A stretch of DNA of 44,036 nucleotides from an uncultured Nitrospinaceae bacterium (GTDB lineage: Bacteria; UBA8248), in the NCBI GenBank assembly GCA_964394385.1, contig CAYMWZ010000001.1, positions 1 through 44,036 of the forward strand. Direction: 5' to 3'. Under the pieces are notes generated by a model, which saw nothing but the letters and a program-made list of their open reading frames with translations, did not search any database and was not told the DNA's origin. The position numbers and the translations under genes are program-made. How positions within the stretch are numbered: the first letter of the stretch is position 1; every line of letters starts with the position of its first letter. This document shows, in pieces, positions 17,398 to 29,662 of the stretch.

Positions 17398-18230
17398 ACC
17401 GGGAGCCCCCTGAGCTCCCGAAGAAGGGCCTCGGGCGAGGGGGCCCGCATGAGGGACTCCCCCACCAGGATGGCGTCCACCCCCGCCTCCGCGAGAGGGG
17501 CCACCTCCTTCCAGCCGAAGATCCCGCTCTCGGAGACGAGGACGAGATGACTCCTCTGGCTGGGCGGGATTTGGGAGATAAGGCGCAGGGTGTGGCCGGA
17601 ATCCACCTCGAAAGTCTTGAGGTTGCGGTTGTTCACCCCGAGGATCTTGGCCCCGGCCTCGAGGGCCCGCTCCAGCTCCTCCCCGGCGTAAACCTCCACA
17701 AGGGCGTCCATCCCGAGGTCTTCGGCCTGGACCCTCAGATCCTCCATCTCGGCCGTTTCGAGGATGGCCGCGATGAGGAGGACGGCGTCCGCGCCCGCGG
17801 CGCGCGCTTCGAGAACCTGATAGGGATCGAAGATGAATTCCTTGCGCAAGATCGGAAGGTCCACCGCCCGGCGCACCGTCCGCAGATGCTCCAGGCTGCC
17901 CAGGAAGCGCCTCCGCTCGGTGAGCACCGAGACGGCCGCCGCCCCCCCGGCCGCGTAGCGCGCGGCGACCGCCGCCGGGTCGAAGTCTTCGGCAATCACC
18001 CCCTGGGAAGGGGAGGCGCGCTTCACCTCAGCGATCACCCGGACGCGCCCCCCCTCCGGGTCCGTCCCCGAGGGAGGCCGCCGGATGGCCCCCGTCAGCC
18101 CGCGCACCGGGGGGGCGTCCCCCGCCAGGGCCCTCAGTTCCTCCTCCGGGAGCGCCGCGCGGTCGGAGGCCAGTTCCTCGCGCACCCCTTCCACGAGGTC
18201 GTCCAGAACGGTCGAGGTGCGGAGGGTCAC
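17394..18230 (-). CDS. trpC: indole-3-glycerol phosphate synthase
   Basis: VIAEVKRASPSQGVI...AAAVSVLTERRRFLGSLEHL...PILRKEFIFDPYQV...GVNNRNLKTFEVD...LVSESGI. The start is GTG 18230, overlapping the trpD TGA (GTGA). The stop codon shares CTAG with the convergent gene. Confidence 0.92.
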   Translation of the reverse strand: MTLRTSTVLDDLVEGVREELASDRAALPEEELRALAGDAPPVRGLTGAIRRPPSGTDPEGGRVRVIAEVKRASPSQGVIAEDFDPAAVAARYAAGGAAAVSVLTERRRFLGSLEHLRTVRRAVDLPILRKEFIFDPYQVLEARAAGADAVLLIAAILETAEMEDLRVQAEDLGMDALVEVYAGEELERALEAGAKILGVNNRNLKTFEVDSGHTLRLISQIPPSQRSHLVLVSESGIFGWKEVAPLAEAGVDAILVGESLMRAPSPEALLRELRGLPV

Positions 18231-19237
18231 GCGTTCGACACCTCGATGAGCCGGTCGAGCGTCCAGCGCGCCGCGCCCGAATCGATGGCCTCGGCCGCCA
18301 TCCGAACGCCCTCCTTCAAGTTCTTCGCCTTTCCTCCGGCCAGGAGGGCCGCCGCCGCGTTCATGAGCACCACATCGCGGCGCGGCCCTCTCTCCCCGGA
18401 GAGGACTCCCCTCAAGATCTGGGCGTTCTCCGCCGGATCCCCCCCGGCCACCTCGCGCGCCGGAGCGCTCTTGAGGCCGGCCTCCTCGGGACGGATCTCG
18501 TAGTTTTTCACCGCCTTTCCATCCCACTCCGAGACCTTCGTGGGGCCACTCAGGGTGATCTCGTCCAGCCCGTCATGGCCATGCACCACGATGGCCCTCC
18601 GGCAGCCGACCTGTCCCAGCACCTTCGCCGCCAGCTCCGTGAGATGAGAGGCGTACACGCCGACGAGCTGACACTGCGCTCCGGCCGGATTGGTGAGAGG
18701 ACCCATGATGTTAAAGATGCTCCGCATCGCGAGCTCCCGGCGGGGCCCGATGGCGTGCTTCATGGCGCCGTGCAAAAGAGGTGCGAACAAAAACCCAAAC
18801 CCCACCTCGTCCAGACACGCGCTCACTCGCTCGGGCGGGGCCTCGATGTTGACGCCCAAGGCTTTCAGCACGTCGGCGGCGCCGCATTTGCTCGACACCG
18901 AGCGGTTCCCGTGCTTTGCCACCGGGAGGCCCGCGCCCGCCACGACGAAGGCGGCCGCCGTGGAGATGTTGAAGGTGTGGGCCCCGTCCCCTCCCGTGCC
19001 GACGACGTCGATGATCAAAGGATGCCGGGTGGGAATGCGGGTCGCCTTCGCCCGCATGGAGCGCACGCTGCCGGCGATCTCCTCGGGGGTCTCCCCGGCC
19101 ATGCGCAAGGCGACCAGGTAGCCCCCGATCTGGGCCGGGGTGGCCTCCCCGGTCATGATCTCGTCCATCACCCGCTCGGCCTCATCGGCCGTGAGGTGGC
19201 GGTTCTCCACGAGCTTCGCGATGGCTTCCTGGATCAT
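18227..19237 (-). CDS. trpD: anthranilate phosphoribosyltransferase
   Basis: [52 protein letters not shown]-type motifs. The first track codon is GTG 19243; ATG 19237 (MIQEAIAKL) has better SD spacing. Confidence 0.93.
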   Translation of the reverse strand: [336 protein letters not shown]

Positions 19238-19378
19238 GGGCACACCACCCCTCTAAGACGCAAGAACACAAACTGCGCTCTTCCGCGGCTCTGTCGCCGG
19301 GCAGCGGCCGCAAGCGGGTCCCGTGGGCTCGCGCCACCATATCCCTCGCGGCGATGCCGCCTCAAGCCCCGCGGTGCC

Positions 19379-19963
<585 letters not shown>

Positions 19964-19990
19964 CTGGTTCCCCTTCCCCGCCGATCCGCC

Positions 19991-21511
19991 TCAGAGAAGC
20001 CCCCCGCGCGCCAGCTCCAGCGCGCGGAGGGTCCCCCGTGCCTTGTTGATGGTCTCCTCGTATTCGAAGCCGGGCCTCGAGTCGGCCACCACCCCGGCCC
20101 CCACCTGGAGGTAGAGCTTGCCCCCCCGGGCGAAAAGGGTCCGGATGGCGATGCAGGTGTCCATGTTCCCCCCAAAGTCGAAGTAGCCAACCGCCCCGGC
20201 GTAAGGCCCCCGCCGCACGGGCTCAAACTCCTCGATGATCTCCATGGCGCGCACCTTGGGTGCCCCCGAGACCGTGCCCGCCGGGAAGGTTGCGCGCAGG
20301 ACGTCGAAGGCGTCCTTGCCCGGCTCCAAGCGACCCGCGACGTTGCTCACGATGTGCATGACGTGGCTGTAGCGCTCGATCACCATCTGCTCGGTCACCC
20401 GGACCGTGCCCCGCGCGCACACCCGGCCGATGTCGTTCCGCCCCAGGTCCACGAGCATGATGTGCTCGGCCCGCTCCTTCTCGTCGGAGAGGAGCTCCTC
20501 CGCCAAGGCGCGATCCTCCTCCTCATCCCGCCCCCGGCGGCGCGTTCCCGCGATGGGCCGCACCTCCACCCGACCCCCCTCCAGCCGAACGAGCACCTCG
20601 GGCGAGGCGCCCACCAGGGTCGTCCCCTCCAGGGCGAGGTAGAACATGTAGGGGGAGGGATTCACCGTCCGCAGCGCGCGGTAAATCGAAAACGGATGGA
20701 CGTCGAGGTCGCTCTCCAGGCGCTGCGCCAGGACCACCTGAATGGCCTCCCCCGCGTGGATGAGATCGACCGCCTTGGCCACAGCGGCCTCGAACCCCTC
20801 GCGGGAGAAGGAGGAGCGCAGTCCCGGCGCCTCGGCCACGGGATGGCCCGAGCATTCCACGGACGGCTCCCCGGGGGGCCCGGCGGGGGGGGGCACCCCG
20901 GGGCCGCGCAGCCGGCCGATGAGGGCCTCGATGCGGCCCACGGCGTCCTCGTAGGCGACCTTGGCCTCGACGCCGTCGAGGCAGGCGTGGGCCACCACTT
21001 TCATGCGCTGGCTCACGTGGTCGAAGATGATGAGGCTGTCCGTAATCATGAAGACGCACTCGGCCATCTCCAGATCGTCGACCGCCTGCTCGGGGAGGCG
21101 CTCGATGAAGCGCACCGCGTCATAGGACATGTAGCCCACCGCGCCACCCCAAAAGCGTGGAAGCCCCGGCACCTCGACGGGGCGATACCTCTGCATGAGG
21201 GTCCGCAGGGCCTCGATGGGATCCTCTGCCCGGCTGACCTCGGTCCGGCCGTTGCGCGTGAGGCGCACCTCGTGACCCCTGCTCTCAAAGACGGCCGCCG
21301 GGCGGCTGCCCAGGAAGCAGTAGCGCCCCCACTTCTCGCCCCCCTCGACGCTCTCCAGGAGGAAGGCGTAGGGCCCTTCGGCGATCTTCAGGAAGGCGGA
21401 GACGGGAGTTTCGAGATCGGCCAGCACCTCGCTATAAACGGGAACGATGTTCCCACGCTGGGCAAGTTTCAGGAAAGTCTCTTTGTCCGGCACATACGGG
21501 GGCTTGGTCAT
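19991..21511 (-). CDS. trpE: anthranilate synthase component I
   Basis: 506 aa with LLESVEGGEKWGRY (Trp feedback-site region), GTRRRG, and the chorismate-binding C-terminus GAPKVRAMEIIEEFE...RGPYAGAVGYF...IAIRT. Confidence 0.95.
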   Translation of the reverse strand: MTKPPYVPDKETFLKLAQRGNIVPVYSEVLADLETPVSAFLKIAEGPYAFLLESVEGGEKWGRYCFLGSRPAAVFESRGHEVRLTRNGRTEVSRAEDPIEALRTLMQRYRPVEVPGLPRFWGGAVGYMSYDAVRFIERLPEQAVDDLEMAECVFMITDSLIIFDHVSQRMKVVAHACLDGVEAKVAYEDAVGRIEALIGRLRGPGVPPPAGPPGEPSVECSGHPVAEAPGLRSSFSREGFEAAVAKAVDLIHAGEAIQVVLAQRLESDLDVHPFSIYRALRTVNPSPYMFYLALEGTTLVGASPEVLVRLEGGRVEVRPIAGTRRRGRDEEEDRALAEELLSDEKERAEHIMLVDLGRNDIGRVCARGTVRVTEQMVIERYSHVMHIVSNVAGRLEPGKDAFDVLRATFPAGTVSGAPKVRAMEIIEEFEPVRRGPYAGAVGYFDFGGNMDTCIAIRTLFARGGKLYLQVGAGVVADSRPGFEYEETINKARGTLRALELARGGLL

Positions 21512-21545
21512 GATCTCACCGATAGGCCGCCCTGAGGCAGCCGTG

Positions 21546-21587
21546 AAAAAAAAACGCCATGGGAACCCAGGAGGTCCACCATGGCGT
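21546..21587 (-). terminator. intrinsic terminator of the trp attenuator (hairpin + U9) 34 nt upstream of trpE ATG
   Basis: The minus strand reads ACGCCATGG-T-GGACC-TCCTG-GGTTC-CCATGGCGT followed by TTTTTTTTT. That is a 9-bp perfect lower stem, a 5-bp upper stem with one G-U, and then nine U residues. Confidence 0.75.
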
Positions 21588-21614
21588 CACCGCTCGGCTC
21601 TTCAGGAATCGGAG

Positions 21615-21701
21615 CTAACCCCTCCCGGGCGGACCTCCCCACCGGATGATGGCGCAAAGGCGCCAGGGCCAAGCCCCCCGGGACAAGTGGGAAAATGCCA
21701 T
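21615..21701 (-). CDS. trpL: candidate trp leader peptide, 28 aa (MAFSHLSRGAWPWRLCAIIRWGGPPGRG)
   Basis: ATG 21701 is preceded by AGGAG 10 nt upstream. There are 3 Trp codons in 28, two of them in a W-P-W cluster. The TAG stop is at 21617-21615. It sits between a candidate promoter and the terminator upstream of trpE. Confidence 0.6.
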   Translation of the reverse strand: MAFSHLSRGAWPWRLCAIIRWGGPPGRG

Positions 21702-21740
21702 GCCGTTCACGCTCCTGTTCCCTCGACTGCAGTCGGGCCG

Positions 21741-21770
21741 ACTTTACCCGTAAAAGATGGCCTCCGTCAA
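21741..21770 (-). promoter_or_regulatory. candidate trp operon promoter (-35 TTGACG, 18-nt spacer, -10 TAAAGT)
   Basis: The minus strand reads TTGACG (21770-21765, overlapping the truA TGA stop), then 18 nt, then TAAAGT (21746-21741). This is a pattern match only. Confidence 0.35.
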
Positions 21771-22550
21771 GGGGAGTTCCGCGGGGCGGCCAGCGGGGGA
21801 AGCTTCTCTCCGTAGTCCACTGCGACCAGATAAAGCCCCTGGGGAGGCGCGGTGGGCCCGGCAAGGCTTCGGTCCCGGGCAGCCAAAAGCTCCTCCATTG
21901 AGTCCGCCTCCCGCTCTCCCCTCCCCACCTCGGCGAGGGTCCCCGCCAGGGTGCGGACCATATGCCGCAAAAATCCCTCCGCCGTCGCCTCGATGACGAT
22001 CTCATCGCCCTCCCTGCGCACTTCAAGCCGCTCAAGGCGGCGCACGGTGGAGAGAGGCCTCCCCTTCTCCCGGCAGAAAGCAGCGAAGTCGCGCCCCCCG
22101 GTGAGGAGAGCCGCCGCGCGCTGCATCCGCGCAAGGTCGAGCGGGGCCCTCACGTGCCAGGTGCGGTGGCGGCGCAGGGCGCTCGGGGCCCTGCGGTTCA
22201 GGATGCGGTATCGGTAGGTCTTCCGGAGGGCGTCGTGCTGGGCGTGGAACCCCGCAGGCGCCTCCCGGCAGTCGAGGACGGCGAGATCGCATCCCACCAG
22301 GGAGTTGAGACCGACCCGGAATTGAAAGGGGGGGATCCCAGAGGAGGCATCGAAATGGGCTACCTGGCCGAGGGCATGGACGCCGGCGTCGGTCCGCCCC
22401 GAGCCCACGAGGCGGATCGGCTCCCCGCACATCCGGGCGAGGGCCTCCTCCAGCTCAGACTGGACCGTGCGCTGGCCGGACTGGGCCTGCCAGCCGTGAA
22501 AATCCGTCCCATCGTACTCGATCCAGAGGACCAGGCGGCGGCGATCCCCG

Positions 22551-22558
<8 letters not shown>
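21767..22558 (-). CDS. truA: tRNA pseudouridine(38-40) synthase
   Basis: [19 protein letters not shown]...[18 protein letters not shown] (catalytic Asp motif)...FLRHMVR. The start overlaps the uvrA stop by 8 nt. Confidence 0.93.
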
Positions 22559-25463
<2,905 letters not shown>

Positions 25464-25619
25464 GAAGGCCTCCGTGGACTCGGGCGTATCGAATGCCGGC
25501 GCCAGCGCGCGGCAATCTTTAAGGATAACACGATGCGGGAGCCTCTCCGAGGGGGCGGGGGGGGCTTGAGGCCCGTCTTCGAGGGCGTTGGGCGAGTGCG
25601 GGAGGGTTCCCTTTCTCCC

Positions 25620-26399
25620 CTAATACCAAGCCAGGCCGGCCGTTACGTTGATGTCCTGGGCCGTCATGTGGGCCCCCTCCTCGGAGGCGAGGAAGACGCA
25701 CAGAGCCGCCGTGTCCTCGGCCCGCACGAGGCGCTTCAAGGCAGCCGGGGAGGTGAAGCTCTTCTCCGCCTCCTCGTATGGCATGTTAAAACTCTTCGCC
25801 ATGTTCTCGATGACGCTCTGAATGCGGGGACCTTCGGTTGCGCCCGGGCAGACGGCGTTAACGGTGATGCCGTACTCGCCCAGCTCAAAGGCAAGCGTCC
25901 GGGTGAAGCCGATGACGGCCATCTTGGAGGCCGTGTAGGGGGTGCGGTTGGGCAGGGGGCGCTTTCCGCTGACGGAGCTGATGTTGATGACCCGCCCCTG
26001 GCGGTTTTTTTTCATTGTGGGGATAACGTATTTCGAGCAGAGGAACATCCCCGTCACGTTGACGGCAAAGCACTCCTCCCACTCCGCCTTGGCGACCTCC
26101 TCGCAGGCCTTGGTGGGGCCCGCGATGCCGGAGTTGTTCACCAAGATGTCGATGGTGCCAAACTCGGCCAGGGTCTTCTCGACCATCCCGCGGATGGCGG
26201 TCTCATCCGTCAGGTCGGTGGGGACGACGATGGAGGCTCCCCTGAGGGCGGCGACCTTCTTGGCCGTGCCTTCGAGGTTGGAACGGTTCCGGGCGGCGAG
26301 GACGAGCCTGGCCCCCTCCCGGGCGAAGGCGAGGGCGATGGCCTCCCCGATGCCCCGGCCGGCTCCGGTGACGATGGCGACTTTATCCTTGAGGCGCAC
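25620..26399 (-). CDS. short-chain dehydrogenase/reductase (FabG-like 3-oxoacyl reductase family)
   Basis: KVAIVTGAGRGIGEAIA (TGxxxGxG), NNSGI and YTASK (YxxxK). The start is GTG, with GAGGAGG 8 nt upstream. Confidence 0.88.
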   Translation of the reverse strand: MRLKDKVAIVTGAGRGIGEAIALAFAREGARLVLAARNRSNLEGTAKKVAALRGASIVVPTDLTDETAIRGMVEKTLAEFGTIDILVNNSGIAGPTKACEEVAKAEWEECFAVNVTGMFLCSKYVIPTMKKNRQGRVINISSVSGKRPLPNRTPYTASKMAVIGFTRTLAFELGEYGITVNAVCPGATEGPRIQSVIENMAKSFNMPYEEAEKSFTSPAALKRLVRAEDTAALCVFLASEEGAHMTAQDINVTAGLAWY

Positions 26400-26429
26400 C
26401 CCGAACGACCTCCTCTGTGGATCCTGGCC

Positions 26430-26849
26430 CTACCCCTGGTGCAGTTCCACCCCCGGGAACCAGTAGGCCAGCTCGAAGGCCGCTGTATCGGGGGCGTCGG
26501 AGCCGTGGGTGGAGTTCCGTTCGATGCTCTGGCCAAACTCCTTGCGCAGGGTCCCCGGCGCCGCCTGGGCGGGGTCGGTGGCCCCCATGACCTCGCGCCA
26601 GAGCTGGATGGCGTTCTCCCGCTCGATGGCGAGGACGACCGTTTTCCCCGAGGACATGTAGCGGGTCAAGCTCTCGAAGAAGGGGCGCCCGCGGTGGACC
26701 GCATAAAAACCCTCTGCCTGAGCCTTCGTCATGTGAACGAGCCGCATCCCGACGATGCGGAAACCCTCCCGCTCGATGCGGGAGAGGATCTTCCCCGTAA
26801 GGCCGCGCTGGGTGGCATCGGGTTTGATCATGGCAAAGGTCCGCTCCAT
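26430..26849 (-). CDS. ndk: nucleoside-diphosphate kinase
   Basis: [37 protein letters not shown]...RNSTHGSD (active-site His). Confidence 0.96.
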   Translation of the reverse strand: MERTFAMIKPDATQRGLTGKILSRIEREGFRIVGMRLVHMTKAQAEGFYAVHRGRPFFESLTRYMSSGKTVVLAIERENAIQLWREVMGATDPAQAAPGTLRKEFGQSIERNSTHGSDAPDTAAFELAYWFPGVELHQG

Positions 26850-26903
26850 GTGCGCGCTTCTCCTCGTTCCGTTCGAGAAACCCTTGCCCGATCCAGCCGC
26901 CGG

Positions 26904-27803
26904 CTAGGCCCGGCCCCCCAGGACCTTGGCCATGGTGAGACCCATCTCGGCCGGGCTTTGCGTGACGCGGACGCCGCACTCTGTCATCACACGCATCTTC
27001 TCGGCCGCGGTGCCCTCCCCGCCCGAGATGATGGCGCCGGCGTGGCCCATGCGGCGGCCCTTGGGGGCGGTCTGGCCTGCGATGAACCCCACCATAGGCT
27101 TCGTCACGTTCTTCTGCGCCCAGCGGGCGGCGTCCTGCTCGGCGGTTCCCCCGATCTCCCCAATCACGATGATGGCCTCGGTCTGGGGGTCGTCCTGGAA
27201 GCGGCCGAGGAGGTCGATGTAGGTGGTCCCGATGATGGGGTCTCCCCCGATGCCGACGCAGGTGGTCTGGCCCAGCCCCACTGCCGTGAGCTGGGCCACC
27301 ACCTCGTAGGTCAAGGTCCCGCTCTTGGAGATGACCCCGATCGAGCCCGCCTTGTGGATGTGGCCGGGCATGATGCCCATCTTGCACCCTCCCGGAGTGA
27401 TGACGCCCGGGCAGTTGGGGCCGATGAGGACGGTGCCCGAGCCCTCGAGGTGGCGCTTCACATAAACCATGTCCCGCACCGGAATCCCCTCGGTGATGCA
27501 AACGACGACGGGGAGCTTGGCGTCGACCGCCTCGAGGATGGCGTCCGCCGCGAAGGCGGGGGGAACGAAGATGAGGGAAGCATTGGCGCCGGTCTCGGCC
27601 ACGGCCTGGGCCACCGTGTTGAAAACGGGGACGTTCTCCGCCTTCTGCCCCCCCTTGCCCGGGGTAACGCCCGCCACGACCGGGCCTCCGCCGCCCGCGA
27701 ACTCCTGGCTGTAGCGCATGCACTGCTGGGCGTGGTAGCCCCCTTCCCGCCCGGTGATGCCCTGGACGAGAACGCGGGTGTTCTTGTCGATGAGGATGCT
27801 CAA
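26904..27803 (-). CDS. sucD: succinyl-CoA synthetase alpha subunit
   Basis: [20 protein letters not shown]...[11 protein letters not shown]...MGHAGAII (phospho-His). The start is set at TTG 27803, with GGGAGAG 7 nt upstream and just after the sucC stop. The track start at 27854 overlaps sucC. Confidence 0.94.
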   Translation of the reverse strand: MSILIDKNTRVLVQGITGREGGYHAQQCMRYSQEFAGGGGPVVAGVTPGKGGQKAENVPVFNTVAQAVAETGANASLIFVPPAFAADAILEAVDAKLPVVVCITEGIPVRDMVYVKRHLEGSGTVLIGPNCPGVITPGGCKMGIMPGHIHKAGSIGVISKSGTLTYEVVAQLTAVGLGQTTCVGIGGDPIIGTTYIDLLGRFQDDPQTEAIIVIGEIGGTAEQDAARWAQKNVTKPMVGFIAGQTAPKGRRMGHAGAIISGGEGTAAEKMRVMTECGVRVTQSPAEMGLTMAKVLGGRA

Positions 27804-27816
27804 GGAGTCGCTCTCC

Positions 27817-28977
27817 CTAGCGCTTGAGGGCCGCCACAACCTTTTGGGCGGCATCGCCCATGCCGTCGGCCACGGTGAAGTCGAGGCCGGAATTCTTGAG
27901 AATCTCCCTTCCCCTCTCCACGTTGGTGCCCTCCATGCGGATGATGACGGGCACGGTCACGTTCACCGTCTTGACGGCGCTCACCACCCCCTCGGCCAGC
28001 ACGTCGCAACGGAGGATGCCGCCAAAAATGTTGATGAGCACCGCCCGCACGCCCTTGTCGCTCATCAGGATGCGGAAGGCATTCTCCACCATCTCGCGGC
28101 TCGCCCCGCCGCCCACGTCGAGGAAGTTGGCCGGGGAGGCGCCGGCCAGCTTGATGATGTCCATGGTGGCCATCGCCAGGCCCGCCCCGTTCACCATGCA
28201 GCCCACCTGTCCGTCGAGCTTGATGTAGTTGAGGCGGGATTTGGAAGCCTCGACCTCCAGGGGGTCTTCCTCGTCGAGGTCCCGCAGCGCGGCCACGTCG
28301 GGATGGCGGAAGAGCGCATTGTCATCAAAGTTCACCTTGGCGTCCAGGGCGAGGATGCGCCCGTCCTTGGTCTGTACGAGAGGGTTGATCTCGACCAGGG
28401 AGCAGTCCATCTCGTCGTAGAACCGGTAGAGGTTGGTGACGAACTGGACGCCCTCGCGCACCAGAGCATCCGGCAGGCCCAGGCCGTAGGCCACGCGCCG
28501 GGCGGTCGAGGGCCATATTCCCAGGGCGGGGTCAACCGGGACCTTGAGCAATTTCTCGGGGGTCTTGGCGGCCACCTCCTCGATGTCCATCCCCCCCGCC
28601 GTGCTCGCCATGATGGTGGGCCGGCCGGCGGCGCGGTCGAGCACGATTCCGAGGTAGAGCTCACGCTCGATGGCGCTCGCCTCCTCCACCCAGACCTTCT
28701 TGACCAGCCGGCCCTGGGGCCCGGTCTGGTGGGTCACGAGGGTCATGCCGATGATCTTTGAGGCGGCCTCCCGCGCCTCGACGGGGGTCTTGGCCAGCTT
28801 GACGCCGCCCCCCTTGCCCCGGCCCCCGGCGTGGATCTGGGCCTTGACGACGACGGTGCCGCCGAGCTCCCTGGCGATTCGCTCGGCCTCGGCCGGGGAA
28901 TCGGCCACACCCCCCCGGGGCACCGCCACACCGTATTTTTGAAACAGCTGCTTGCCCTGGTACTCGTGGATGTTCAT
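27817..28977 (-). CDS. sucC: succinyl-CoA synthetase beta subunit
   Basis: [22 protein letters not shown]...[20 protein letters not shown]...[15 protein letters not shown]... Confidence 0.96.
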   Translation of the reverse strand: MNIHEYQGKQLFQKYGVAVPRGGVADSPAEAERIARELGGTVVVKAQIHAGGRGKGGGVKLAKTPVEAREAASKIIGMTLVTHQTGPQGRLVKKVWVEEASAIERELYLGIVLDRAAGRPTIMASTAGGMDIEEVAAKTPEKLLKVPVDPALGIWPSTARRVAYGLGLPDALVREGVQFVTNLYRFYDEMDCSLVEINPLVQTKDGRILALDAKVNFDDNALFRHPDVAALRDLDEEDPLEVEASKSRLNYIKLDGQVGCMVNGAGLAMATMDIIKLAGASPANFLDVGGGASREMVENAFRILMSDKGVRAVLINIFGGILRCDVLAEGVVSAVKTVNVTVPVIIRMEGTNVERGREILKNSGLDFTVADGMGDAAQKVVAALKR

Positions 28978-29035
28978 CCGGAGCCTCCGGCTTCGGGAAA
29001 AAGACCCCCCCTCTCCCCCAAGGGCCGAGCGACCC

Positions 29036-29599
29036 TCACGGGGAGGCGTAGCCCTTGTAGCCCTCGGCGAAGATGTCGTTCCCCCGGCTGTCCACAGCCA
29101 CCACGCACGGAAAACGCTCCACCCAGAGCTTGCGGATGGCCTCGGTTCCCAGGTCCTCGTAGGCCACCATCTCCACCTTTTTGATGCAGCGGGCGAGGAG
29201 GGCCCCCGTCCCCCCCACCGCGGCGAAGTAGACCGCCCGGTTTTGGGCGATCGCCTCCACCACCTGCCGGCTCCGGCCCGCCTTGCCGATCATCCCCTTG
29301 AGCCCCAGCTCGAGCAGGCGTGGAGTGTAGGCGTCCATCCGGCCGCTCGTGGTCGGGCCCGCCGAGCCGATGATCTGGCCCGGCTTTGGCGGGGTGGGCC
29401 CCACGTAATAGATCACCTGGCCATGCATGTCGAAGGGAAGGGGCTCGTTCCGGTCGAGAGCCTCGAACATCCGCTTGTGGGCGGCATCGCGGGCGGTGTA
29501 GACAACGCCGGTCAGCTCGCACAAGTCGCCCATCTTGAGGGAGCCGATGGTCTCCTCCGTCAGGGGAAGCTCGACCGGAATGGCTTGGGCCTCCTTCAT
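29036..29599 (-). CDS. class I (Fe-S) fumarate hydratase, beta subunit (C-terminal domain type)
   Basis: 187 aa with [20 protein letters not shown]...[13 protein letters not shown]...GPTTSGRMD...GKAGRS, typical of the TtdB/FumA C-terminal family. Confidence 0.9.
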   Translation of the reverse strand: MKEAQAIPVELPLTEETIGSLKMGDLCELTGVVYTARDAAHKRMFEALDRNEPLPFDMHGQVIYYVGPTPPKPGQIIGSAGPTTSGRMDAYTPRLLELGLKGMIGKAGRSRQVVEAIAQNRAVYFAAVGGTGALLARCIKKVEMVAYEDLGTEAIRKLWVERFPCVVAVDSRGNDIFAEGYKGYASP

Positions 29600-29662
29600 C
29601 CCTGGACCCCTCGGTCTCGGCGCGCCGGGGCGGGGAGCGCGCGGCCGGCCGCGCCCGCCCCC

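Noticed and set aside
15366-18503. Very long plus-strand ORF (1045 aa) spanning pheA, the MR-family gene and trpC.
   Set aside because: It is antisense or out of frame to genes with unmistakable homology. The translation is low-complexity and rich in R/G/P/A with no recognisable motif. This is the typical shadow ORF of GC-rich DNA, where stop codons are rare in alternative frames.
20885-20893. G9 homopolymer inside trpE as a possible frameshift site.
   Set aside because: The reading frame is continuous across it (it encodes a Pro-rich loop) and TrpE homology is maintained on both sides.
21508-22134. 208-aa minus-strand ORF running through the trp leader region into truA.
   Set aside because: It is out of frame with truA over most of its length. 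Its 3' end merely reads through the attenuator hairpin. The short W-P-W ORF plus terminator explains the region better.
25464-25619. Looked for a LexA/SOS box upstream of uvrA.
   Set aside because: I found no CTGT-N8-ACAG, GAAC-N4-GTTC or other clear dyad. Only a short AT-richer patch (TTATCCTTAAAGATT) without symmetry is present.
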